A stretch of DNA of 64,000 nucleotides from an uncultured Gemmatimonadales bacterium. Its GTDB lineage: Bacteria; Gemmatimonadota; Gemmatimonadetes; Gemmatimonadales; GWC2-71-9. Position 1 is the stretch's first letter; the number at the start of each line of letters is the position of its first letter. The notes below the pieces were generated by a model. It ran no database searches. It saw only the letters and a program-made list of their open reading frames with translations, and had not been told where the DNA came from. Below, one piece after another: positions 9,070 to 18,857 of this stretch. Where the stretch lies: NCBI GenBank assembly GCA_963730185.1, contig CAVSQW010000011.1, positions 22,184-86,183 on the forward strand, read 5' to 3'. Made by a program: the position numbers and the translations under genes.

Positions 9070-11208
9070 TCAGGGGGTCGCTCCGGTCGCGGGTTGAGGC
9101 CGGGTATGGAACGGGCAGCGCCGGGTCGGTTCCGTTCCGGGATAGTAGTACTCGATCCCGAGCTTGTCCTTGGGACAGAACGGCGTGGGCAGATAGCCGG
9201 TCGACTGGTCGATCTCGTAGGCGAGGATGCCGTCGGGCATCGCCCATGGGGCGGGTGCCTTTCGGCGCTCGTAGATCTCGTTCATCATCGTGGCCCAGGC
9301 CGGGGCGGCCAGGAGCCCGCCCTGGGCGTTGCTCTTGATCACCTGCTTCTTGTCGAACCCCATCCAGACCCCGGCCACCAGGTCGGGGGTGAAGCCCACG
9401 AACCAGACGTCCATGCCGTCGTTGGTCGTCCCGGTCTTGCCCGCGGCCGGGAGACCGAATCCCCCACGCGACACAATCGATCCATGCGCGGTTCCCCGCC
9501 GGACCACGTCGCGCAGCCCGTCGAGGAGGAGCCAGGCATGTTCGGGGTCGATCACCCGTGACGACCGGATCTCGGGCTGCCAGACGATGTTGCCGTCCCG
9601 ATCCTCGACCCGGACGATCGCGTTGGGGCGCACCCGGACGCCGAGATTGGCGAACGTCCCGAAGGCGCTGGTCAGCTCCAGCGGGGTGACCTCGGCCGCG
9701 CCGATGAAGATCGATGGTACCCTGGGAATCTTGGTCGCGATGCCGTCGGCCGCCGCTTCACTGATCACGGCGTCGACCCCGACGTCGAGGCCGACCCGGA
9801 CCGCGACGGTATTCCGCGAGTCGTAGAGCCCTTCTCGCATGCTGAGCGGGCCCCGGTACTTGTTGTCGTAGTTCTTGGGGCTCCAGTCGGGCTGATCCTC
9901 CACCGGCACGAAGACCGGGGCGTCATCGTACATCTGGCTCAGCGGGATCCCGGCCCGGATGGCGGCGGAGTAGACGAAGGGCTTGAAGGTGGAGCCGGCC
10001 TGCCGGAACGCCTGGGTGGCCCGGTTGAACTTCGAATCCTCGAAATCGCGGCCCCCGACCAGGGCTCGGACGTAGCCGGTCTCGGGTTCGATCACCACCA
10101 CCGCCCCCTGGAGGTAAGGGGAGAAGGGTCCGGTGTCGTCATCGGTCTCGTCACCGCCGTGGGCGTCGAGGTACTGCTGATACGTCTGGCGGTGGTAGGG
10201 ACCGAACTTGCCGTCCTCGATCGCGTCGAGCTGGGTTTGGAGGGCGCGCTCGGCCGCCTGCTGCATGTCGAGGTCGAGCGCGGTGTAGATCCGGAGGCCG
10301 GCCGTGTAGAGCTCCATCCCGAACCGGGCTTCGAGGATCTGCCGGACGTTCTCGACGTAGTAGTCCGCCATCCCAGCGTAGTCGGAGCGGGACGACAGGG
10401 CCAACGGGTAGGCCTTCCACGCCTCGGAGGACTCGCGGGAGAGCTTGCCGGTCTCCCGGAGCAGGCCGATCACCAGGTTCCGCCGCATCACGGCGAGATC
10501 CGGGTTACGGCGGGGGTTGTAGCGGCTGGGCGCTTTGGGAAGCGCCGCCAGCATGGCCGCCTCGGCCACGTTCAGCTGACGGGCCGACTTGCCGAAATAG
10601 CGTTGGGCGGCCGCCTCCACCCCGAAGGCCCGGTTCCCGAGGTCGATCTGGTTGAGGTAGAGCTCGAGGATCTTGTCTTTGGGGTAGTTCCGCTCGATCT
10701 CCACGGCCATCCGCGCTTCGCGGAGCTTCCGGGTGATCCCGGCAAAGCCCCGCCGCTGACGGCGGTCGATCTGCTCGGGCCAGAGGTTGCCGGCCAGCTG
10801 CATGGTGACAGTGGAGAAGCCGGTGACCCGGTGGCCGGTGAGGATGGCCTTGACCGAGCCGAAGAAGCGGATCCAGTCGATCCCATGATGCTCGTAGAAC
10901 CGTCGGTCTTCCGTGCTCAAGAAGGCGGCGATCACCGCGGGGGACATCTGTTTCAGGGGGACCACGGTCCGCCGCTCGAGCCCCAGGTCGGTGACCAGTC
11001 GCCCGTCCGCCGCGTACACCTTGGAGGCCTGGTCGGGATCGTAGGAATCGAGACTCGCGATCGAGGGACAGGCGCCGACCGGCCGGCAGACGTTGAACCA
11101 GGCCCCGACCAGGAGCGCGGCGCCGAACACCCCAAGGGCGCCGATCGTGAGGAGGACCCGAAAACGGATGGTGGGGGACCGCCACCACTTGAAGAGCGAA
11201 ACGGCCAT
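9070..11208 (-). CDS. mrcA: Penicillin-binding protein 1A (bifunctional transglycosylase/transpeptidase)
   Basis: GT51 motifs EDRRFYEHHGID and RKLREA, transpeptidase motifs STFKP and KTGTT, and an N-terminal TM anchor. Confidence 0.95.
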   Translation of the reverse strand: MAVSLFKWWRSPTIRFRVLLTIGALGVFGAALLVGAWFNVCRPVGACPSIASLDSYDPDQASKVYAADGRLVTDLGLERRTVVPLKQMSPAVIAAFLSTEDRRFYEHHGIDWIRFFGSVKAILTGHRVTGFSTVTMQLAGNLWPEQIDRRQRRGFAGITRKLREARMAVEIERNYPKDKILELYLNQIDLGNRAFGVEAAAQRYFGKSARQLNVAEAAMLAALPKAPSRYNPRRNPDLAVMRRNLVIGLLRETGKLSRESSEAWKAYPLALSSRSDYAGMADYYVENVRQILEARFGMELYTAGLRIYTALDLDMQQAAERALQTQLDAIEDGKFGPYHRQTYQQYLDAHGGDETDDDTGPFSPYLQGAVVVIEPETGYVRALVGGRDFEDSKFNRATQAFRQAGSTFKPFVYSAAIRAGIPLSQMYDDAPVFVPVEDQPDWSPKNYDNKYRGPLSMREGLYDSRNTVAVRVGLDVGVDAVISEAAADGIATKIPRVPSIFIGAAEVTPLELTSAFGTFANLGVRVRPNAIVRVEDRDGNIVWQPEIRSSRVIDPEHAWLLLDGLRDVVRRGTAHGSIVSRGGFGLPAAGKTGTTNDGMDVWFVGFTPDLVAGVWMGFDKKQVIKSNAQGGLLAAPAWATMMNEIYERRKAPAPWAMPDGILAYEIDQSTGYLPTPFCPKDKLGIEYYYPGTEPTRRCPFHTRPQPATGATP

Positions 11209-11214
11209 GACGTA

Positions 11215-11400
11215 AACATAAGGGATTCGGGAGTTGTGAGTAGGGAATAGGGAGGGAGTAGAGAGTGGGCACTAGGGCGGGAGGAAAGGGGGATTGGGAT
11301 GGGGCGGATCGACGAGCGCCCTAGTGGCCCCGACTCACAACCACCTATTCCCTCCCCAGTCACTACTGACGACCCCCTCGTCCCTACTGTCGGCTCCCTC
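11215..11400. repeat. Copy A of a strand-asymmetric (purine-rich arm then pyrimidine-rich arm) imperfect palindromic repeat element
   Basis: The C-poor arm (11215-11305) contains GGGAGTTGTGA (11229-11239), AGGGAATAGG and CACTAGGGCG. The G-poor arm (11306-11400) contains CGCCCTAGTG, GACTCACAAC and CCTATTCCCT. It shares 11-mers with the element at 12670-12825. Confidence 0.6.
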
Positions 11401-11419
11401 GTGACGATATTCTTTCCTC

Positions 11420-12730
11420 ATGTCGACACTCCTGACTGAACTCGGTGCCCGGGGGCTCCTCCACGACGCCACGCCCGGCCTGGCCGACCGGCTCGCGCAG
11501 GGGCCGATCACGGGATACGTCGGATTCGACCCGACGGCGGACTCGTTGCACGTCGGCAGCCTGGTGCCGGTCATGGCGCTGGTCTGGCTTCAGCGGACCG
11601 GCGGCCGTCCGATCGCGCTGGTCGGGGGCGGCACTGGGCTGGTCGGCGATCCGAGCGGCAAGCGGAGCGAGCGGCCGATGCTCACCCCGGAGCAGGTGGA
11701 GGCGAACGTCGCCGGCATCCGGATGCAGCTGGAGCGCTTCCTCGACTTCGACGGCCCCCGGGGCGCCCGGCTCCTCAACAACCTGGCGTGGCTGGGCGAG
11801 CTCCGGCTGCTCGACTTCCTCCGCGACGTCGGGAAGCACTTCACCGTGAACTACATGCTGCAGAAGGACTCGGTGAAGAGCCGGCTCGAGGCCGGGATCT
11901 CCTTCACCGAGTTCTCCTACATGCTGGTCCAGGCGTACGACTTCGCCCACCTGCACCGGACCGCCGGCTGCGAGATCCAGATGGGTGGGAGCGACCAGTG
12001 GGGCAACATCACGGCCGGAATCGAGCTGATCGGCCGGCGGACCGGTGCCGTGGCGCACGGCCTGGTAATGCCCCTCCTGACCCAGGCCAGCGGCGCCAAG
12101 TTCGGAAAGAGCGAGGAGGGCAACGTCTGGCTCGACCCGGCCCGGACCTCGCCCTACAAGTTCTATCAATTCTGGCTGAACTCGGCCGATGCCGACGTGG
12201 ACCGGCTCCTCAAGACCTTCACCGTCCGCCCGGTCGACGAGCTCGCCGCGCTGATGGCCGAGCAGACCAAGAACCCGGCGCTCCGAACGGCGCAGCGCGA
12301 GCTGGCCCGGGACGTGACGGTCCGGGTCCACGGCGAGGACACCACGGCCAGGGTCATCGCCGCCAGCCAGGTGCTCTTCGGCGGCGCCGACCTCCGGGCC
12401 GTCGACCCCGAGACGTTCGCCCTGGTGGCGGGCGAGGTGACGACGGTCGCGGTCGCCGCGGACCGGCTCGACGCCGGGGTCAACGTGGTGGACGCGCTGC
12501 TGGAGACCGGGCTCGTCTCGTCCAAGGCCGACGCTCGTCGAGGCATTCAAGGTGGCGGATTCTCGGTCAACGGTCAGAAAGTGACCGGGACCGACATCAC
12601 GGTGACGAGGTCGGACCTGCTCGCAGGCCGCTACGTCGCGCTCCAGAAGGGGCGGAGAAACTTCGCCATGATGGTGGTGAGTGGTGAGTCGGGAGTCGTG
12701 ACTAGGGAGGGAGTTGTGACTCGGGAGTAG
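11420..12730 (+). CDS. tyrS: Tyrosine--tRNA ligase
   Basis: HIGH-type motif [18 protein letters not shown]-type motif KFGKSE, and a C-terminal S4 domain. The last ~18 codons ([18 protein letters not shown]) run into the repeat element. Confidence 0.95.
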   Translation: MSTLLTELGARGLLHDATPGLADRLAQGPITGYVGFDPTADSLHVGSLVPVMALVWLQRTGGRPIALVGGGTGLVGDPSGKRSERPMLTPEQVEANVAGIRMQLERFLDFDGPRGARLLNNLAWLGELRLLDFLRDVGKHFTVNYMLQKDSVKSRLEAGISFTEFSYMLVQAYDFAHLHRTAGCEIQMGGSDQWGNITAGIELIGRRTGAVAHGLVMPLLTQASGAKFGKSEEGNVWLDPARTSPYKFYQFWLNSADADVDRLLKTFTVRPVDELAALMAEQTKNPALRTAQRELARDVTVRVHGEDTTARVIAASQVLFGGADLRAVDPETFALVAGEVTTVAVAADRLDAGVNVVDALLETGLVSSKADARRGIQGGGFSVNGQKVTGTDITVTRSDLLAGRYVALQKGRRNFAMMVVSGESGVVTREGVVTRE

Positions 12731-12825
12731 GGCGGGAGTTGTGATCAGGGACTAGCTGCGACTCACGAGCCACCACTCACTCCCTGCTCACAACTCCCAA
12801 GTCACAACTCACAACCTCACCATCG
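12670..12825. repeat. Copy B of the same repeat family, between convergent tyrS and the DUF853 ATPase gene
   Basis: GGGAGTTGTGA occurs at 12709-12719 and 12734-12744, and its complement TCACAACTCCC at 12788-12798. The purine-rich arm is 12673-12756 and the pyrimidine-rich arm 12757-12821. Both flanking genes terminate inside it. Confidence 0.6.
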
Positions 12826-14388
12826 GCTCCGTCGGGTCCCGCGCGAGGCCTTGCCGGTCAGGGCGCCCATCGCGGTCCGGGCCAACTGGCTGCCGAGCGT
12901 TCGCACGACGGTCGTGGCGAAGGCGCCGAGGAGGCCGCCGAGGGCGAGCTTGCCGGCGGTTCCGGACCCGCGCTTGGCCGCCGGGGCCCGCTCCGTGAAC
13001 GGCCCCCGCGGCTGAGGGGCCGGTGCCGGCGGGGCGGGCGCGCTCGCTGCCAGCCGACGGGCCAGCATCTCGAAGGCGCTGTCCCGGTTCACCGCAGTGC
13101 CGTATTCCCTGACCAGATCCGACTCGGCCAGCTCCTTCTGCATCTCGTCCGGCGTGAGCGGCGCCATCCGCGAGGTCGGCGGCACCAGGCGGGCGGCCAC
13201 CACCGGCGTCGGAACGCCGCGCGGGTCGAGCCCTGTCACCACGGCTTCGCCGATGCCTAGCGACGTGAGCGTCTCCTCCAGATCGTAGTACTCGGTCTTC
13301 GGGAAGGTCCGGACGGTGGCTTTGAGGGCGGCATCGTCGTCGGGGGTGTGGGCCCGGAGGGCGTGCTGGACCCGGTTCCCGAGCTGGGCCAGGACCGCGT
13401 CGGGAACGTCCTTCGGGGTCTGGGTCACGAAGAACACCCCCACGCCCTTGGAGCGGATCAGGCGGACCACCAGCTCCACCTGTTCCAGGAAGGCCTTGGA
13501 CGCGCCCCGAAAGAGCAGGTGGGCCTCGTCGAAGAAGAACACCAGCTTCGGCTTCGCCAGGTCGCCCGCCTCGGGCAGGTTGGCGTAGAGCTCCGCCAGC
13601 ATCCACATCATGAAGGTGGAGAACAGGGCGGGCTTGTTCTGGCAGTCGGCCAGCTCGAGACAGGTGACCACCCCGCGCCCGTCGGGCGTCACGTGGAGCA
13701 GGTCGCGGATGTCGAACTCCGGCTCGCCGAAGAACTGCTTGGCGCCCTGGGTTTCGAGCTCGACCATCTCCCGGAGAAGGACGCCGACGGTGGCCGGCGA
13801 CATTCCGCCGTACTCCTTGAGGAGCGCCTTGCCGTCGTCGCCGGCGAGGTACTTGAGCACGGCCCGGAGATCGTCGAAGTCGAGCAGCGGCAGCCCTTGG
13901 TCGTCGCAGATCTTGAAGACCATGGTCAGGACGCTGGCCTGGGTCTCGTTGAGATCGAGCACCTTGCCGAGGAGGAGCGGCCCGAACGACGTCACGGTGG
14001 CCCGGAGCTGCACCCCGTTCGTTCCGGTCAGACTCACGAACTCGACCGGGGCGGCCCGGGGCTCCCAGGGCGTCCCGACATCGGCCAGCCGCTGGTCGAG
14101 CTTGGGGCTCCGGACGCCCGCGGCGGCCAGCCCGGAGAGGTCGCCCTTCATGTCGGCGACGAAGACCGGCACGCCTTGAGCGGAGAGCTGGTCGGTCAAG
14201 AGCTGGAGGGTCTTGGTCTTGCCGGTCCCGGTGGCCCCGGCGATCAGGCCGTGCCGGTTCAGCATGGCCAGGGGCCACACGATCTTGGGCTCGGGGACCA
14301 CGCGGGCCTGATCCAGGGCGGCACCGAGGGTCACCACCGGAGGCGCGAAGCCGTATCCCGCCTTCACCGCGTCGTCGAGCGTCGTCAT
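12817..14388 (-). CDS. HerA-like helicase domain / DUF853 (YjgR-type) P-loop ATPase
   Basis: LAMLNRHGLIAGATGTGKTKTLQLL...GVPVFVADMKGDLSG closely parallels the E. coli YjgR N-terminus as I remember it. Walker B is LVFFFDEAH. Confidence 0.85.
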   Translation of the reverse strand: MTTLDDAVKAGYGFAPPVVTLGAALDQARVVPEPKIVWPLAMLNRHGLIAGATGTGKTKTLQLLTDQLSAQGVPVFVADMKGDLSGLAAAGVRSPKLDQRLADVGTPWEPRAAPVEFVSLTGTNGVQLRATVTSFGPLLLGKVLDLNETQASVLTMVFKICDDQGLPLLDFDDLRAVLKYLAGDDGKALLKEYGGMSPATVGVLLREMVELETQGAKQFFGEPEFDIRDLLHVTPDGRGVVTCLELADCQNKPALFSTFMMWMLAELYANLPEAGDLAKPKLVFFFDEAHLLFRGASKAFLEQVELVVRLIRSKGVGVFFVTQTPKDVPDAVLAQLGNRVQHALRAHTPDDDAALKATVRTFPKTEYYDLEETLTSLGIGEAVVTGLDPRGVPTPVVAARLVPPTSRMAPLTPDEMQKELAESDLVREYGTAVNRDSAFEMLARRLAASAPAPPAPAPQPRGPFTERAPAAKRGSGTAGKLALGGLLGAFATTVVRTLGSQLARTAMGALTGKASRGTRRSRW

Positions 14389-15557
14389 CTGATCCTCTGG
14401 GACGCCGGGCCGGCCAGCACCCGGTCGATGATATCGGTCACCCGCTGCATCTCGTCCGCGGTATTATAGCAATGCGGCGAGAGCCGGATGCCGCCCTCCC
14501 GGAGACTCGCCACCACGCCAGCCTCGGCCAACGCGTGGTGCACCCGGGCCGCATCCGGCGGCACCAGGCAGACCATCCCGGGCGCCCGTGACGAGGCCGG
14601 CGCGGCCAGGGCGATGCCCCGGCGGTCGGCCCACGAGAGGACGGGCTCGGTGATCGTCACCAGGTGGCGCTCGATCTCGGCGGGCCCCAGCTCGAGCAGG
14701 AGCCCCGCGGCCTCGTTGAAGCCCACGAAGTCCTGGACCGGCAGGGTGATCATCTCGAACCGGCGGGCGTCCTCGTGCCAGGCGCGGGGATAATCGGTGA
14801 GCCGAGAGAAGTCCTCGGTGCCGGCGAAGGCCATCCACCCGGCGAAGGGCGGCTCCAGGGAGCGCACCAGATCGGGCCGCACCCAGGCGAAGCCGGTTCC
14901 CCAGGGCGAGAGCAGCCACTTCTGCGCCCCGGCCGACACGACCGCGGCCGGGGTCCGCCGCACGTCGAACGGCCGCTGGCCGAGGCTCTGGATGGCGTCC
15001 ACCACCAGGAAGGTCCCGGTCGCGTCAGCCCGGCCGGCGAGCCGTTCGAGGTCCACCGCGTAGCCCGACTGGAACTGGACCGAGGAGACGGTCACCACCC
15101 GGACCCGCGGGTCGCCCATCCGCTCCAGCAGGCGAGGCTCGTCGGGCCAGCCCTCGGGCGTGCGGGGAAGCAGCTCGAATCGAATTCCCCGGCGCTCCAG
15201 GGCCCGCCAGGGCACCACGTTGGCCGGGAACTCCCCGTGGCTCGCGACCACGACGTCCCCGGGGTCGAGCGGGAGCATCAGCGCCGCGAGGTTCAAGCCG
15301 TAGCTGGTATTGGTGGCCAGGGCGATCTCGGACGGCTGGCCGCCGACCAGGCGGGCGGCCGTCTCCCGGGCCCGGGCCAGGATCGCCTGGAGCCGGGCGT
15401 CGGAGATGGCACACCCCTCGGCCCGCTCCCGGTTGAAGGCCTCGACCGCCCGGCGGGCCCGTTCGGGCAGGGGGCCTGTGCTGGCGTGGTTGAGAAAGAT
15501 CCGGCGATCGGCCCAGGGGAACTCGTCCCGGCGGAGGGCGGCGACATCGTAGCTCAT
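14385..15557 (-). CDS. Class V aminotransferase (cysteine desulfurase / epimerase-like PLP enzyme)
   Basis: The ATG at 15557 (MSYDVAALRRDEFPW...IFLNHASTGPLP) lies inside long track ORF 14385..16445. It contains SAGAQKWLLSPWGTGF. An ATGA overlap joins it to the downstream ATPase gene. Confidence 0.85.
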   Translation of the reverse strand: MSYDVAALRRDEFPWADRRIFLNHASTGPLPERARRAVEAFNRERAEGCAISDARLQAILARARETAARLVGGQPSEIALATNTSYGLNLAALMLPLDPGDVVVASHGEFPANVVPWRALERRGIRFELLPRTPEGWPDEPRLLERMGDPRVRVVTVSSVQFQSGYAVDLERLAGRADATGTFLVVDAIQSLGQRPFDVRRTPAAVVSAGAQKWLLSPWGTGFAWVRPDLVRSLEPPFAGWMAFAGTEDFSRLTDYPRAWHEDARRFEMITLPVQDFVGFNEAAGLLLELGPAEIERHLVTITEPVLSWADRRGIALAAPASSRAPGMVCLVPPDAARVHHALAEAGVVASLREGGIRLSPHCYNTADEMQRVTDIIDRVLAGPASQRIR

Positions 15558-15596
15558 GCTGGTGACCTTCTCCCCGCCTGCCGATAACTTTCGATC

Positions 15597-16664
15597 ATGA
15601 CCCTCGCTCCTCGGTTCAGCCTGGTCCTCGGCGGTGGCGGCCTCAAGGGGCTGGCCCACATCGGTGTGCTCCACGCCCTGGAGGAGCGGGGGATGATCCC
15701 GGATGCCGTGATCGGGACGAGCATCGGGTCCCTGATCGCGGCGGCCTGGGCAACCGGGATGCCGCTCCGGGAGATGGAGGATCGCGCCCTGGCGCTCAAG
15801 CGCAAGGACGTGTTCCGGGTGGCCCATCTCGACATGGCGCTCAAGCGGATGCTCTCCCCCGCCGTGTACCGTCGCGATCCCCTGGAGCAGGTCCTGGCGG
15901 CGCTGGTGGGCGACCGGACCTTCGACGATCTGCCCCGAAAGCTGGTCATCAACACGATCGACCTCAACACCGGCCAACAGATCCTTTGGGGCCTCCCGGG
16001 ACTGACCAAGGTCCGGGTCGCGGACGCGGTGTTCGCCGCCTGCGCCCTCCCCGGAATTCTGGCGCCCCGGCCGATCGACGGCCACGTCTGCGTCGACGGC
16101 GCCGTGGTCGAGAATCTGCCGGTCCGGGCCGCGATGGCCGTCGGCCGGGGACCGATCATCGCGGTGGACGTCGGCGGGACCGAGGGCGAGCGCCGGGGAA
16201 TCGAGCGGCAGGGCTTCGCGGCGACCTACGCGCGGGGCCTCGAGATCGTGATGCAGACCCTGGCCGAGGAGATGCTCCGGGAGTGGACCGACCCGCCGAT
16301 CGTGCTGGTCCGCCCCCGGGTCGAGAAGATCTCGATGTTCGCCTTCAACCGGACCCCCTATCTCATCGCCGAAGGCTTCCGGGCCCTGAACGCCACCCTC
16401 GACCGACTCCCGGGCGACCTGACCCGGCTTCCCGCGGGGATCCACCCCCAGCGCGAGGTGGAGGTGAAGATCGACCCCGAGCGATGCACGGGCTGCGGCG
16501 TCTGCTACGCCCGCGACCCCCAGCTCTTCGGCCGGGGCCAGGACGGCAAGGCGGTGGTCCGCCGGCCGCGCCAGTGGTGGTCGCCGCTGGGGCAGCGGGT
16601 CATGCGGTGGTGTCCGGTCCGGGCGATCGGCTACGAACAGGTGTGGCCAGCGCTCGACGACTGA
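15597..16664 (+). CDS. Patatin-like phospholipase fused to a C-terminal 4Fe-4S ferredoxin-like domain
   Basis: Patatin motifs GGGGLKGLAHIGV (oxyanion), GTSIGS (nucleophile elbow) and DGAVVEN (Asp). The C-terminal ~65 aa, KIDPERCTGCGVCYARDPQLF...GKAVV...WCPVRAI, match the CxxCxxC...CP single-cluster ferredoxin pattern. Confidence 0.85.
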   Translation: MTLAPRFSLVLGGGGLKGLAHIGVLHALEERGMIPDAVIGTSIGSLIAAAWATGMPLREMEDRALALKRKDVFRVAHLDMALKRMLSPAVYRRDPLEQVLAALVGDRTFDDLPRKLVINTIDLNTGQQILWGLPGLTKVRVADAVFAACALPGILAPRPIDGHVCVDGAVVENLPVRAAMAVGRGPIIAVDVGGTEGERRGIERQGFAATYARGLEIVMQTLAEEMLREWTDPPIVLVRPRVEKISMFAFNRTPYLIAEGFRALNATLDRLPGDLTRLPAGIHPQREVEVKIDPERCTGCGVCYARDPQLFGRGQDGKAVVRRPRQWWSPLGQRVMRWCPVRAIGYEQVWPALDD

Positions 16665-17823
16665 GCGCCTGCAGGTCGCGGATCACCCGCTCCCAATTGA
16701 GCTCGGTTTCGACCCGCCGGCGGCCGGCCGTGCCGAGCGCCCGGCGGCGGGCCGGATCGCGGAGAAGGCCGCCTAACGCCTGGGCCACCTCGTCGCTCCG
16801 TTCCGGATCCACGAGCAGGCCGGTAACCCCCTCCTCGACGGCGTCCGCCGTGCCGCCGCCCCGACCCGCGACCACCGCCACGCCGCTCGCCGCGGCGTCC
16901 GCGAGCGAGATGCCGAAGCCCTCGATCTCGACTCCGCTCGACCGGGAGAGCCCCAGATACAGGTCGGCCGCGGCGTGGAGGGCGGGCAGGTCGGCGTCCG
17001 GCACCCGCCCCAAGAACCTCACCCGCCCCGCCACGCCGAGCTCGGCCGCCAGCCCTTCGAGACGGGCCCGGTCGGGACCGGTGCCCGCGACCAGGTAGTG
17101 GAGGTCCGGCCAGTCGGTGGCCAGGCGGGCCAGGGCCCGGATCCCGGTGTCGACGCCCTTGTAGGCGACCAGCCGGGCCACGGTCAACAGCCGGGGTCCG
17201 GCCGGCAGGTCGTACCGGCCGAGCCCGGCGTCGGTGGCGGCATCGGGACGGAAGCGACTCGGATCGCTGCCCAACGGAACCCGGTGCACTCGGTCCCGGG
17301 CCGCCTCGAGCCCGAGGGCGCCGAGCACCGCGCGGGCCCGGTCGGCCGTCCAGCCGCTGTTGGCGGCGATGACCGACGCCCCGCCGAGGAGCCGCCGGGC
17401 GGCCCGCCGCTTCCAGGCCGAGCGCGACGCCTTGGCCGCCAGGGCGACGAGATCGTCGCCGTGCGCCAGAATCCCATAGGGAATGCCCGGTCGCTCCGCC
17501 AGCGCCCGTCCCACATACCCGGCCGGCCGCACCGTGTCGCACCAGGTGAACGCCACGCCGTGAGCGGCGGCCAGTCGGCGCGCCGCCCAGGTCCAGCGGA
17601 GCACGCCGGGCCAGGTGCGGAGCCGGGTGGCGCGAATCGCCAGCCGCTCGACCGTCAGGCCCAAGGCGGCGTCGCTCGCCTCGGCGCCGGGTACCGACCC
17701 GGTCGAGACCACGATCCGATCGGCCGGGTAGCGCCGGGCCAACTGGCCGGTCCAGTGCGCGACGCCGCCGCCGCGAGGCGGAAAGTCCCAGGTGAGGAGC
17801 AGGGTGACCGGGATGTCGCTCAT
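16600..17823 (-). CDS. Glycosyltransferase family 4 (GT-B, Glycos_transf_1)
   Basis: The C-terminal half reads RFLGRVPDADLPALHAAADLYLGLSRSSGVEIEGFGISLADAAASGVAVVAGRGGG...E. It overlaps the convergent patatin gene by 65 nt. Confidence 0.85.
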   Translation of the reverse strand: MSDIPVTLLLTWDFPPRGGGVAHWTGQLARRYPADRIVVSTGSVPGAEASDAALGLTVERLAIRATRLRTWPGVLRWTWAARRLAAAHGVAFTWCDTVRPAGYVGRALAERPGIPYGILAHGDDLVALAAKASRSAWKRRAARRLLGGASVIAANSGWTADRARAVLGALGLEAARDRVHRVPLGSDPSRFRPDAATDAGLGRYDLPAGPRLLTVARLVAYKGVDTGIRALARLATDWPDLHYLVAGTGPDRARLEGLAAELGVAGRVRFLGRVPDADLPALHAAADLYLGLSRSSGVEIEGFGISLADAAASGVAVVAGRGGGTADAVEEGVTGLLVDPERSDEVAQALGGLLRDPARRRALGTAGRRRVETELNWERVIRDLQALSRRALATPVRSRSPGPDTTA

Positions 17824-18767
17824 GCCAGCGTCCGGGTCAACAGCTCCTCGAGCCGGTGCCGCCAGGTGTGCTCCCGGAGCACCCGTTCCCGGGACCGCTC
17901 GCCAATGGCCTTGGCCCCGGCCGGGTCGGCCAGCAAGGCCCGGGCTCGCTCGACCAGCTCACCGGCCGTCCGGACCGTGACCAGCTCGCGGCCCTCCTCG
18001 AAGACGCGCGCCAGGTCCGCCTTGGCATCGACCAGCTGGCAGCAGCCGAGGGCCGCCAGCTCGAAAACCCGCTGGTTGGCGCCGGTGCCATACCGCCCCC
18101 GCTCGGGAGGGTCGCCAAAGAACTGATGGAGGTTGAGCCCGATCTCCGCCCGCGAGAGCGTCCGCACCAGCTCGGTCCCGTACAGCGGGCCGGCCGGCTG
18201 GCCCGGGCCCCAGATCCGGAGGCCGAGGGGCGCCAGGCGGGCGGCCGCCGCGTCGCGGAGCGGCTCGGTCGACCCCACGAAGACGATCGGGAGGCGGTCG
18301 CCCTGGACCGGCAGCGGCCGCCAGACCGTCGGATCCACGCCGAGCGGCAGGAGCTCGGCCGCCCGGCCCAAGGCCCGGTGCCGCGCCACCATGGAGCTGT
18401 CGAACAGGAAGACCCGGTCGTAGCCCACGCCGATCCGGAGCGACAGATCGAGGAAATGGGGACCGTCGGGAAACCAGTTGGCCCATCGGGCGCGGGTCCG
18501 TTCGCGGGCGGCCGCGACGATCGCCGGCTCGAGCTCGGCGCCCTTGAACGAGAGAACGAGGTCGGTCGGCCGGTTGAGCGCGCGGGTCAGCCGCGCGGCG
18601 AGCGAGCGCCCCAGGACCGCGTCGAGCCCGCGGGGCCGGACGTCGAGGGTGACCACCTCGGCGCCGAGGGCCCGGAGGGCCGCGGCGATCGCGGGACCGG
18701 TATGGTGATACCGGCGGTTGAAGCGGGCCACGAGCAGCACTCGGAGCCCCTGGAAGGTGGTTGCCAC
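17820..18767 (-). CDS. CgeB-like glycosyltransferase (DUF3880/Glyco_trans_1_2-type)
   Basis: IVFVGS...NQRVFELAALGCCQLVD...FEEGRELVTVRTAGELVERARALLADP...HTWRHRLEELL. Paralogous to 21682..22683. ATGA overlap with the upstream GT4. Confidence 0.7.
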   Translation of the reverse strand: MATTFQGLRVLLVARFNRRYHHTGPAIAAALRALGAEVVTLDVRPRGLDAVLGRSLAARLTRALNRPTDLVLSFKGAELEPAIVAAARERTRARWANWFPDGPHFLDLSLRIGVGYDRVFLFDSSMVARHRALGRAAELLPLGVDPTVWRPLPVQGDRLPIVFVGSTEPLRDAAAARLAPLGLRIWGPGQPAGPLYGTELVRTLSRAEIGLNLHQFFGDPPERGRYGTGANQRVFELAALGCCQLVDAKADLARVFEEGRELVTVRTAGELVERARALLADPAGAKAIGERSRERVLREHTWRHRLEELLTRTLA

Positions 18768-18857
18768 GGGACGGGAAGGCGGCCGCGAGGCTAACTCGCC
18801 CGGGGCCGAACGGTCGACCCGAACAGCCCGGCGTCGGGCCGGGCCCGCCGGAGCGGA

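Noticed and set aside
11209-11419. T-box or other leader riboswitch upstream of tyrS
   Set aside because: The 211-bp leader is occupied by the repeat element. I could not find the conserved T-box core (…GGUGGNACCGCG…) or a specifier/antiterminator arrangement.
14385-16445. 686-aa ORF; similarly the N-terminal extensions of 19775..21163, 39491..41224, 25943..26974 and 60563..62044
   Set aside because: Homology-like sequence starts at internal ATGs (15557, 20695, 39854, 26225 and 61957). The extensions overlap neighbouring genes or are RGP-rich. The lipobox-like start of 25943 (LPAGSGC) is in frame with yebC without a stop, so it is not a separate gene.
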